The notes beneath the pieces were generated by a model. That model ran no database searches and was not told the origin of the DNA. It worked only from the letters and a program-made list of their open reading frames with translations. Positions 1-8,371 of a DNA stretch of 64,000 nt are shown here, piece after piece. Each line of letters starts with the position of its first letter. Positions within the stretch are counted from its first letter, which is position 1. The translations under genes were made by a program, and so were the position numbers. Source of the DNA: an uncultured Alphaproteobacteria bacterium (lineage in GTDB: Bacteria; Pseudomonadota; Alphaproteobacteria; Rs-D84); contig CATLAX010000002.1 in assembly GCA_949878575.1 (NCBI GenBank), forward strand, positions 65,378-129,377, read 5' to 3'.

Positions 1-326
1 CGGTGCGGGCCGCCGCCTCCAGCCCTGCCACAGGCTTGTCCCCGCGCCATAAAAACACATGGCACGGCACATTCAATTTCGCACACAAATCGCGGACATA
101 GGCCGCCTCTGTCCCGGCGGCCGGACGCAGTCCATGATTTACATGCAGCGCGACCATATCCATCCCCGCCGCCGCCAGCCAGCACAGCAACGTCACCGAA
201 TCAACACCGCCACTGACCGCGACGGCAATGCGACGGCCTTTATAATCCCGGATAAAATCCAAAAACTTTTGATTCATAATATGGACATTTTATGTTATAA
301 TTCGCAAAAATAAAGGAAAAAGGACA

Positions 327-881
327 ATGGCTGGAACTTTAAAATCCGTGGCTGTTTATTGCGGTCATCAGTATGGCAACAACCCGGAATACGCCCGTGA
401 CGCAAAAAAAATAGGACAAATGCTGGCAGAACACGGGATTAAGATTGTTTTTGGCGGCGGCGATGTCGGCCTGATGGGCACGGTTGCGACGGCGGCGCTG
501 GCGGCCGGCGGACATGTGACGGGAATTACAACACACGACGTGCTGGCCAAACAGGAACCGATGCACGACGGAATTGACGCGTTTGAGGTTGTAAACGGCG
601 TGAACGAACGGAAACAAAAAATGTTTGATCTGTCCGACGGATTTATAATTTTGCCGGGGGGAACAGGAACTTTAAACGAACTGACCGATATTATGACGAT
701 GCAGCAAATAGGCGAAACGAACAAGCCGCTGTTCTTTATGAACACCCTGCATTTCTGGGGTCCATTCGGCCGCCTGCTGATTCATATGAAAAACGCGGGA
801 TTTTTTGTACGACCCGAAGATTACAACATGCACAGCGCATGTACGCCAGAAGAGCTAATAAACAAGGTCTTGAACTATTAA
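327..881 (+). CDS. LOG family protein (cytokinin riboside 5'-monophosphate phosphoribohydrolase-like, TIGR00730)
   Basis: 184 aa with GGGxxGLMG and PGGxGTxxE motifs typical of the LOG/YvdD family. RBS aaggaaaaagg upstream. Confidence 0.75.
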   Translation: MAGTLKSVAVYCGHQYGNNPEYARDAKKIGQMLAEHGIKIVFGGGDVGLMGTVATAALAAGGHVTGITTHDVLAKQEPMHDGIDAFEVVNGVNERKQKMFDLSDGFIILPGGTGTLNELTDIMTMQQIGETNKPLFFMNTLHFWGPFGRLLIHMKNAGFFVRPEDYNMHSACTPEELINKVLNY

Positions 882-1117
882 AACTCTATAACCTTGTCGC
901 GGGCCGTATGCCCGCGAATTATTTTTATGCATGTCTTTGGCACGCCAAAATGTTTGGCCAGCAGTTTTGCAACCGCCGCGTTGGCATCACCGTCGGCGGG
1001 CGCAGCCGTCGTATGAACACGATATGCGCCCGCAGACACGGATTCAACCTTGTTAAGTTTTGCACGCGGAATAACACGGACTGTTATTTGCATGCCTGCT
1101 CCATTAACTTTAAGCAT
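878..1117 (-). CDS. DUF167 (YggU-like) small protein
   Basis: 79 aa; the MQITVRVIPRAK...RGHTARDK pattern resembles the YggU/DUF167 family. Overlaps the 3' end of the HIT gene by a few codons. Confidence 0.5.
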   Translation of the reverse strand: MLKVNGAGMQITVRVIPRAKLNKVESVSAGAYRVHTTAAPADGDANAAVAKLLAKHFGVPKTCIKIIRGHTARDKVIEF

Positions 1118-1464
1118 TCCGGACGACGCGCACCCGACACCAGATGCAGGTGAAAGTGAAATACGGACTGCTTAAAAAACGGTGCATCGGCCCCGGCATT
1201 GGCCAGAATGTTGAAATTGTTTTCAATCCCCAGCTTTTCCGCGGTTTTTCTGAAACATTCCCAGAAACCGGCCTGGGCGGCGGCCGGCGCATTTGCCGTA
1301 AAATCCAAAATATTCATGTACGGCCCCCGGGGGATAACCAGAACATGCTTTTCAAACATAGGGTTTATATCATAAAAACTTAACGCGAATTCATTTTCCA
1401 CTATTGCGTCGCACGGAATTTCACCGCGGGCAATTTTTGCAAATACATTGTTATTGTCATACAT
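1084..1464 (-). CDS. HIT family (histidine triad) hydrolase
   Basis: 126 aa; carries the histidine-triad motif HFHLHLV near the C-terminus. Confidence 0.75.
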   Translation of the reverse strand: MYDNNNVFAKIARGEIPCDAIVENEFALSFYDINPMFEKHVLVIPRGPYMNILDFTANAPAAAQAGFWECFRKTAEKLGIENNFNILANAGADAPFFKQSVFHFHLHLVSGARRPECLKLMEQACK

Positions 1465-1519
1465 ATTTTTATTCCCCTTGTCTGATTAAATTTAGAATAG
1501 TACAGTGTTTGTGTGAAAT

Positions 1520-1556
1520 CAAGACTTGAAATCGCGCCACAACGCATTATATCAAG
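1520..1556 (+). promoter_or_regulatory. Possible sigma-32-type heat-shock promoter of groESL (CTTGAAA, 12 nt spacer, CGCATTATA)
   Basis: A -35-like CTTGAAA at 1525-1531 and a partial CCCCATNT-like -10 at about 1543-1551. No CIRCE inverted repeat was seen. Confidence 0.25.
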
Positions 1557-1576
1557 CGTACAGCAAAGGAGATAAC

Positions 1577-1864
1577 ATGCTAAAACCATTAAACAGCTAT
1601 GTTCTGCTGGAACGGTTGGAAGAAGAAACAAAAACCGCCGGCGGAATCATTATTCCGGACAACGCCAAAGAAAAACCGTCACGCGGGCGCGTAATCGCCG
1701 CAGGCGACGGGGAATTCTCGCACGGGGTGCGCGCGCCCATGACTGTCAAGACGGGCGACGTGGTACTGTTTGCCAAGTGGGCGTCCAGCGCCAACGAAGT
1801 CAAAATTGACGGCAAAGACTATGTCATTATCAAAGAAGGCGACATCTTGGGAATTTTGAAATAA
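1577..1864 (+). CDS. groES: Co-chaperonin GroES
   Basis: MLKPLNSYVLLERLEEETKTAGGIIIPD... is a canonical GroES sequence. RBS aaggaga sits 6 nt upstream of the ATG at 1577. The annotated ORF start at 1526 is rejected. Confidence 0.92.
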   Translation: MLKPLNSYVLLERLEEETKTAGGIIIPDNAKEKPSRGRVIAAGDGEFSHGVRAPMTVKTGDVVLFAKWASSANEVKIDGKDYVIIKEGDILGILK

Positions 1865-1878
1865 GAAAGGAATAAAAA

Positions 1879-3498
1879 ATGGCAAAGGAAATAGTATTCA
1901 ATACAGACAAACTGGCCGCCGGTGTGGACAAGCTGGCGAATGCCGTAAAAATTACAATGGGGCCAAAGGGCCGCACGGTGGTAATTGAAAAATCGTACGG
2001 CGCACCTGTCGCGACCAAGGACGGCGTCACAGTCGCAAAGGCGGTGTCCCTGGCCGATCCGCAGGAAAATATCGGCGCGCGCCTGATTCAGGAAGTGGCG
2101 AAAAAGGCAGGCGACGATGCAGGCGACGGCACGACAACCGCGACTGTTCTGGCCCAGAAACTGGTCCGCGAAGGACGTCGCGTTATCGCGGCCGGAATGA
2201 ACCCGATGGATGTAAAACGCGGCATAGACATTGCGACCGCCGCGGTTATCGCAGATATTGAAAAACACGCCCGCCCTGTAAAAAACAGTGCGGAAATAGC
2301 CCAGGTGGCCACAATATCCGCAAATTCCGACCGCGAAATCGGTGAAAAAATCGCTGATGCGATGGCAAAAGTCGGCAAAGAAGGCGTTATCACCGTTGAA
2401 GAAGCCAAAGGTCTGGAGACAGAAATTGACGTCGTGGAAGGCATGCAGTTTGACCAGGGATTCATGTCGCCCTATTTCGTCACCAACAGCGAAAAAATGC
2501 TGGCGGAACTGGATGGCGCCCAGATTTTGGTATCAGAAAAGAAAATAACGGGACTGCAGGCATTGCTGCCGATACTGGAACCGATTGCACAATCCGGCCG
2601 GCCGCTGCTGATTATCGCCGAAGACGTTGAATCAGAGGCACTGGCGACACTGGTGTTGAACCGGCTGCGCGGCGGGTTAAAAGTATGCGCGGTAAAGGCA
2701 CCCGGATTCGGCGACCGTCGCAAGGAAATGTTGAAAGACATTGCGATTGTCACAGGGGCAACCGTAATATCCGACGACATGGGCATGACATTTGACAATA
2801 TTTCCATGGACGTGCTGGGTACGGCGAAAAAAGTTGTCGTAACAAAAGATTCCACGCTGTTGGCACATGGCGGCGGCGACAAAAAGGCCATTGTTGCGCG
2901 TGCGGATGAAATTCGTCGCGCGATTGCAGACACAACCAGCGACTATGACCGCGAAAAATTATCAGAGCGTCTGGCGAAACTGGTCGGCGGTGTCGCCGTT
3001 ATAAAAGTCGGCGGCATGACCGAGGTTGAGGTTAAAGAAAAGAAAGACCGTGTTGACGACGCATTGGCGGCGACACGTGCCGCCGCGGTTAGCGGTATTG
3101 TCGCGGGCGGCGGCGTCGCACTGGTACGTGCGACGGCGGCACTGGCAAAAATCAGTGGCGACAACGCCGACCAGAATGTCGGAATTGACATTGTCCGCCG
3201 CACACTGACACAGCCGTGCGCCCAGATTGCCGAAAATGCCGGCGTTTCCGGTGAAATTGTTGTCGGCAAAGTACTGGAGGCCAAAGATTACAACTTTGGC
3301 TATAACGCCCAGACAGACGAATACGTGGACATGATGAAGGCGGGAATAATAGACCCGGCCAAGGTTGTAAAGACAGCCATTGCCGCCGCGGCCAGTACCG
3401 CGGGCGCCATTTTGACAACAGGCGCCGTCATGTCAGAGATTCCGGAAGAAAAACCGGCGGCCGGCGCAATGCCGGGCGGCATGCCGGGCATGATGTAA
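1879..3498 (+). CDS. groEL: Chaperonin GroEL
   Basis: 539 aa with [12 protein letters not shown] and a C-terminal GGMPGMM tail. Lies immediately downstream of groES. Confidence 0.97.
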   Translation: MAKEIVFNTDKLAAGVDKLANAVKITMGPKGRTVVIEKSYGAPVATKDGVTVAKAVSLADPQENIGARLIQEVAKKAGDDAGDGTTTATVLAQKLVREGRRVIAAGMNPMDVKRGIDIATAAVIADIEKHARPVKNSAEIAQVATISANSDREIGEKIADAMAKVGKEGVITVEEAKGLETEIDVVEGMQFDQGFMSPYFVTNSEKMLAELDGAQILVSEKKITGLQALLPILEPIAQSGRPLLIIAEDVESEALATLVLNRLRGGLKVCAVKAPGFGDRRKEMLKDIAIVTGATVISDDMGMTFDNISMDVLGTAKKVVVTKDSTLLAHGGGDKKAIVARADEIRRAIADTTSDYDREKLSERLAKLVGGVAVIKVGGMTEVEVKEKKDRVDDALAATRAAAVSGIVAGGGVALVRATAALAKISGDNADQNVGIDIVRRTLTQPCAQIAENAGVSGEIVVGKVLEAKDYNFGYNAQTDEYVDMMKAGIIDPAKVVKTAIAAAASTAGAILTTGAVMSEIPEEKPAAGAMPGGMPGMM

Positions 3499-3504
3499 TG
3501 CATG

Positions 3505-3536
3505 AAAAAAATCCCCGCATTCGCGGGGATTTTTTA
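3505..3536 (+). terminator. Rho-independent terminator after groEL
   Basis: Hairpin atccccgc-attc-gcggggat followed by TTTTT. Confidence 0.6.
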
Positions 3537-3649
3537 ACCACAACGCCCCCTAAGTTCAGTTTCCTAACTCGGAGATGAGAAAATGACACTTTCCTGTCAG
3601 GGGGCGTTGCAACTATATATGATTTGTTTCCTAAATGCCAGCAGAAAAC

Positions 3650-4390
3650 CTAGCGCTGGTTTATATTTTTTTGTTGCACAATATATCTGTTAAATATATT
3701 GCCAAGTGTATTTTCAACAATATCGCTTATACCGAATGATTTATCTGTACGCAAAATGCAGTCACCGGCACCGTCTGAGGCAACAAAGCCGCGCAATTTG
3801 GAACTTTCGTCAAAATAGGCCCACATGGGTTCGTGCAACACGTTTACAATATCCTGATTAAAATCCGGGGCCAGCGCCCTGCACTGCCGGGTCAGCCATG
3901 CATAACACTTAAAAACAGGCACGCTGTCACAACGACTTTTACCACCTAAGTTCTTCCAATACCAGTTGGTCTGATTTGGTGAATAATAATCATGGGACTT
4001 ATAAAAATCACATGCGTCGCGCAGCGATATTAATTCAACCTTTGTGGCGTAACTGGCCACGGCTTTTTCCGCCGCATATAGCAGACGGTGACCAACACGC
4101 ATCTTTTGATACGGATGCAACACATACAAACAATCCACATGTGCGGTCGCGGCGGAAACATATCCTTGAATAAAACCTATCATTTTGGCGTCATCATATG
4201 CGCCAAATGCAAATTTAAGCCTGCGTTTTAGCCATGCCTCAGCATCTTTTTCCTGTTGGTCGGCAATTTCTTCATCCGACATTTCATAATGATAGTTTGT
4301 AAGCATTGTAGATGCGCAAATGTGCGCAAAATCATGCCAAACATTTGGTGCCGCCTGATTAAAAATAGGAAAAATTCTTACATCTTGCAT
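3650..4390 (-). CDS. Hypothetical protein, possible GNAT-like acetyltransferase core with C-terminal extension
   Basis: 246 aa; the central stretch (IGFIQGYV...LYVLHPYQKMRVGHRLLYAAEKAV) weakly resembles GNAT motif A. No other recognisable domain. Confidence 0.4.
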   Translation of the reverse strand: MQDVRIFPIFNQAAPNVWHDFAHICASTMLTNYHYEMSDEEIADQQEKDAEAWLKRRLKFAFGAYDDAKMIGFIQGYVSAATAHVDCLYVLHPYQKMRVGHRLLYAAEKAVASYATKVELISLRDACDFYKSHDYYSPNQTNWYWKNLGGKSRCDSVPVFKCYAWLTRQCRALAPDFNQDIVNVLHEPMWAYFDESSKLRGFVASDGAGDCILRTDKSFGISDIVENTLGNIFNRYIVQQKNINQR

Positions 4391-4480
4391 ACTATAAATA
4401 TAGACATATATTTTAATTTGTCAATATTGAATTTAACTTATTTTTTTAATCGCCTTAATATGTTATAATTTCGTACAAGA

Positions 4481-5524
4481 ATGAAATTAAGATGCGGATT
4501 TTTACTGTACGCGGTATTTGCAACAAACGGTGCCATGGCGGCATCATTTTTAAAACCGGCCTCTTTTCCCAAAACCATAAACGACGTTGGCTTTAATGAC
4601 AGAATAAAAAACGAGGCCGCCGGATACGCACCGTTCAAGGACGCATCCGCATATATGCGCATTCAACTGCAATCTGTTAACGATGCATTGGCCGATGAAA
4701 TTGAACAGATGGAACAAGAGCACGAACTGTACTGTTTAACCGAAGGGCGCGACATGCCAGAGTGCCAGCCGTACGAACCCGAATCCCAGAATCAGCAGAA
4801 CGAGCAAAACCAACAACAAAATCAGACACAGCAAAACCAAAATAATCAAAACAATCAGGAAAATCAAAATAATCAGAATTCTTCATCGCAACAGCAGCAA
4901 CAGCAAAACCAAAACACATCATCTGGCGCGCATGAATCAACGCAGCCGATAACCAACGGCACACCAGGCACATACTGCGCATTGAAACATCCGCATTTAA
5001 AACCCGGCCAGACACAGCCGCTGGGCGTGCCGGTGTCACCCGAACTGGATATTTATGACAAGGCCCGCAACGGTTCTGTATGCTCGTCTTTTGGCGGTGC
5101 ACGCAGTTCAACATGGCGGCATCACGGTGTTGATATAGGATGCAACGCCAAATATTATAAATCCCCTGTATTTGCCGTTGCGGACGGCGTCGTGCGTTCG
5201 GTAAAAAAAGCAAGTGCATGCAAGTCTGCCGGAAATATGATAAGCATTACGCATGCCGACGGATTCATCTCTTATTACATGCATTTGGATTCCATTTATG
5301 TTACAAAAGGTCAAAAAATTAAGGCAGGATGTCAAATAGGCACAATGGGGTATACCGGCGGCAACAAAACACAGCAATGCCCGAAAATGGGGAAGGATTT
5401 AACACATCTGCACTATGAATTACGCAATAAAAGCAAGCCGGCCGCAATAAACACACCAAAAGGCAAAGTTTCATTGAAATACGTGGACCAATCATTTGAC
5501 CCGATGCCGCTGATGAAATTATGA
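4481..5524 (+). CDS. Secreted M23 family metallopeptidase (LytM-like) with Q/N-rich low-complexity linker
   Basis: Signal peptide MKLRCGFLLYAVFATNGAMA. A roughly 50-aa Q/N tract follows. C-terminal M23 motifs are HHGVDIG (HxxxD) and THLHYE (HxH). Confidence 0.8.
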   Translation: MKLRCGFLLYAVFATNGAMAASFLKPASFPKTINDVGFNDRIKNEAAGYAPFKDASAYMRIQLQSVNDALADEIEQMEQEHELYCLTEGRDMPECQPYEPESQNQQNEQNQQQNQTQQNQNNQNNQENQNNQNSSSQQQQQQNQNTSSGAHESTQPITNGTPGTYCALKHPHLKPGQTQPLGVPVSPELDIYDKARNGSVCSSFGGARSSTWRHHGVDIGCNAKYYKSPVFAVADGVVRSVKKASACKSAGNMISITHADGFISYYMHLDSIYVTKGQKIKAGCQIGTMGYTGGNKTQQCPKMGKDLTHLHYELRNKSKPAAINTPKGKVSLKYVDQSFDPMPLMKL

Positions 5525-5667
5525 CATAAAGACAGGGGGCGGTGTGAAATTCCCCGGCGGGTTGCGAAATCCACTGTCACCGGCCAATGCGCGCAGCGTA
5601 AATGCCCCGGCTTTGTCGCGCCGGCCATGACGCGTTTCCCCGAATGTGTACGGGAACGACACGCCGT

Positions 5668-8283
5668 TTACGCCATGCGCCGCATTACAAATTTACGCAT
5701 CATATCCAGTGGCACGACCATTACCGCCAAACAGAACACAACCGCCCATTGAACCATATTCAACGGCGCCACCTGTAACGCCGCGCCGCCAAATGTAACA
5801 CACATCACGCATCCGCCGATCACCCCCAGCGCCACGAATATAAACATCGGGTTTTCACGCAGTCCGGCCAACAGATTGTATCCATCCGCGCGTATATTGA
5901 ATCCGTTGAATATCGCCATTATAACCAGCAACGCAAAACACGCGCCCGTATATTCGGCGCCGGCAAACAGGCCGCGCACAGGGCCCCAAAACATCACCGC
6001 AAACAACCCTAAGAAAATAAAAGTTGAGACCGCGATTTGAATTATTGACTTGCGCGGCAGCAGCGGCGCCCCTTTGGCCGGGGTGGGCGTGCGCATGTAT
6101 TCTGGGCGCGGGGCTTCGCCCCCAAAGGCCAGGGAATTCAAACTGTCCATCACGATGTTTATAATCAATATCTGAACGGCGGTCAAAACCTCGCCCCCGA
6201 TAAGCAAAGGGAACGCGATGCACAATGCGACCAGACTAAAATTAATCGGTAATTGAAACCGCAGAAAACTGACCACGTTATGCAAAAAGGTGCGCCCGAT
6301 AAGGACACTGTTCGCAACAAATACAAAATTATTGTCCGTTATGATTATGTCGCCGGCCTCTTTGGCGACATCGGTGCCCGCCCCCATTGCAAAACCGACA
6401 TCCGCCCGGCGCAGTGCCGGCGCATCATTTGTACCGTCGCCACACATGCCGATACTTTTGTTCTGCGCCTGGGCAACGGAAATAACACGCAGTTTTGTCG
6501 CGGGCGTGGCGCGCGCTATAACCTTTATCCGCGACAGATGACGCGACAGCCATTCATCCGTATGCGAATCCAAATCTGTCGCGCTTAAGACAATATCGTT
6601 CCGTTTGGTCAATATTCCGCAATCATCCGCAATGGCGCGCGCGGTGTCAATATTGTCGCCGGTAATCATCATTACCTGTATTCCCGCACCGTGCAGCATA
6701 TCTATCACATCCGGCACCCCCGGACGCAATTCGTCGCGCATCGCGGTAATGGCCAGCAATGTCATATTTTCCGGAATATTATCGCCCGCGACATCCCCGG
6801 AAACATATGCAGAGGCCACAACGCGCAACGATTTTGCGGCAAGCTGTTTCTGTACATCCGTCGCCACATTACGATTTAGACGACGAACACGACCAGATGC
6901 ATCAACATAATTACGACACCTGGCCAATACGCATTCCGGCGCACCGCGAACAAACGTTGTTGTTTCACCAGTACTGTTTTTACGTGCCGTTGTCATTGCA
7001 TATTTTACGGCACTGTTAAACGGAATCTGCCGGGTAACGGAAAAATTCTGCAACACATCGCGCGCCGTATGGGACGCCACCGATGACAACACTGCACGGT
7101 CGGTACTGTTGCCGCCCACGGGCTGAGCAGATGCATCATATGCGGCCCCGTTGTTTAATACAACACTTTGCGCATACAGTTCACGAACAGCGGCCAATTC
7201 GCCCATATCCGGGGAACAATCACGGCCGTCGCCCAAAACATTCATCGCCACAGACAGCTGCCCGCGGGTCAGTGTGCCTGTTTTATCCGTGCATATAATA
7301 TGCAGATTACCGGCCGCGGGAATTTTTTGCGGATTTTTCGGCAGAATATGATTTTTCGCCATGCGTGCCGTATTACGACTGATTATTATACTGATGATAA
7401 AAGGCAGACCTTCGGGAACGGCGGCAACAAATATGGTCAGAGCAATCGTCAAATCCCCCAGCATCATGCGCAACGACGACATTGTAAATGCCAAATCGCC
7501 AGCCCTGTATTGCGTCAGCACCAGCACCGCAAATATCACGACCGCCGACAGTGACCCGATGCGCCCTATTCCCGCCGCCATGTTATCCAGTTGAATCTGC
7601 AGGGATGTTTTTACGGCGCCGACAGTATTCAAACTGCTTAATATCCGGGCGTTTTGTGTGTCGCCGCCGATACGCGTCACACGCATGACGCCGGTTCCGC
7701 TTTGAACGGTGGTGCCGGCAAAAACACTGTTCGTGTCCGTATAATCATCCGCGGTTATATTTTCTTTGCGCCGGTAACGATACCCGGGGACGGGGCGTTT
7801 GTCACAATCATCGGATTCCCCGTTCAATATGGCGTTGTTTACCGCCAGCGCACCGTCCACAACATATCCGTCGGCACAGATTATTTCACCCGCGCTTAAC
7901 AACACTATATCACCGACGACAACATCCGTGCTTTGCAGGCGCTGCAGTCGTCCGGCGCGAATAACGCGGCAAAAATAGCGCGACACCTGGCGTTGCAGCT
8001 CGCGAGAGCCAGCCTGGGCGCGCAGCTGCGTTCTGACGCTGATAACAGATACGATAAGCAAAACCGCGGCGATACCCAGCGCCTCGTAAATATCGCCGAC
8101 ACCTATCACGGCCAGCCCCGCAAACAGCCCCAGCATTATCAGCAGAATAAGGTTTATCTTGTCTTGAAAAACCTGTTTAAAAAAATACCATGCGGATTTT
8201 GGCGCGGGCATGGGCAGTATGTTATGACCGTATTTTTTGCGACTGTCCGCGACCTGGGCGGGCGACAATCCTTTGAATTTCAT
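5668..8283 (-). CDS. P-type cation-transporting ATPase (P2-type, Ca2+/Mg2+-ATPase-like)
   Basis: DKTGTLT phosphorylation motif, MITGDN, GDGTNDAPAL and 10 predicted TM segments. Probable start is MKFKGLSPAQ at 8283; the ORF as listed extends to 8313. Confidence 0.9.
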   Translation of the reverse strand: MKFKGLSPAQVADSRKKYGHNILPMPAPKSAWYFFKQVFQDKINLILLIMLGLFAGLAVIGVGDIYEALGIAAVLLIVSVISVRTQLRAQAGSRELQRQVSRYFCRVIRAGRLQRLQSTDVVVGDIVLLSAGEIICADGYVVDGALAVNNAILNGESDDCDKRPVPGYRYRRKENITADDYTDTNSVFAGTTVQSGTGVMRVTRIGGDTQNARILSSLNTVGAVKTSLQIQLDNMAAGIGRIGSLSAVVIFAVLVLTQYRAGDLAFTMSSLRMMLGDLTIALTIFVAAVPEGLPFIISIIISRNTARMAKNHILPKNPQKIPAAGNLHIICTDKTGTLTRGQLSVAMNVLGDGRDCSPDMGELAAVRELYAQSVVLNNGAAYDASAQPVGGNSTDRAVLSSVASHTARDVLQNFSVTRQIPFNSAVKYAMTTARKNSTGETTTFVRGAPECVLARCRNYVDASGRVRRLNRNVATDVQKQLAAKSLRVVASAYVSGDVAGDNIPENMTLLAITAMRDELRPGVPDVIDMLHGAGIQVMMITGDNIDTARAIADDCGILTKRNDIVLSATDLDSHTDEWLSRHLSRIKVIARATPATKLRVISVAQAQNKSIGMCGDGTNDAPALRRADVGFAMGAGTDVAKEAGDIIITDNNFVFVANSVLIGRTFLHNVVSFLRFQLPINFSLVALCIAFPLLIGGEVLTAVQILIINIVMDSLNSLAFGGEAPRPEYMRTPTPAKGAPLLPRKSIIQIAVSTFIFLGLFAVMFWGPVRGLFAGAEYTGACFALLVIMAIFNGFNIRADGYNLLAGLRENPMFIFVALGVIGGCVMCVTFGGAALQVAPLNMVQWAVVFCLAVMVVPLDMMRKFVMRRMA

Positions 8284-8323
8284 GATATGACATCCATCTT
8301 TGTTCAATAGCAATTATAATGCC

Positions 8324-8357
8324 AAAAAAGAAAATCCCCTTCAAGGGGGATTTTCTT
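8324..8357 (-). terminator. Rho-independent terminator downstream of autotransporter gene
   Basis: Hairpin aaaatcccctt-caa-gggggatttt with a flanking T-run on the minus strand. Confidence 0.5.
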
Positions 8358-8371
8358 TAAACCGCCGGCAC

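Noticed and set aside
1465-1576. CIRCE (TTAGCACTC-N9-GAGTGCTAA) element upstream of groES
   Set aside because: No inverted repeat of that form was found by inspection. Only a weak sigma-32-like promoter match was seen.
2472-2933. Antisense ORFs inside groEL (also 2088-2465, 2943-3284, 3152-3418)
   Set aside because: These are shadow ORFs on the opposite strand of a highly conserved gene. Their composition is skewed (A/S/R-rich), typical of antisense GC-rich frames.
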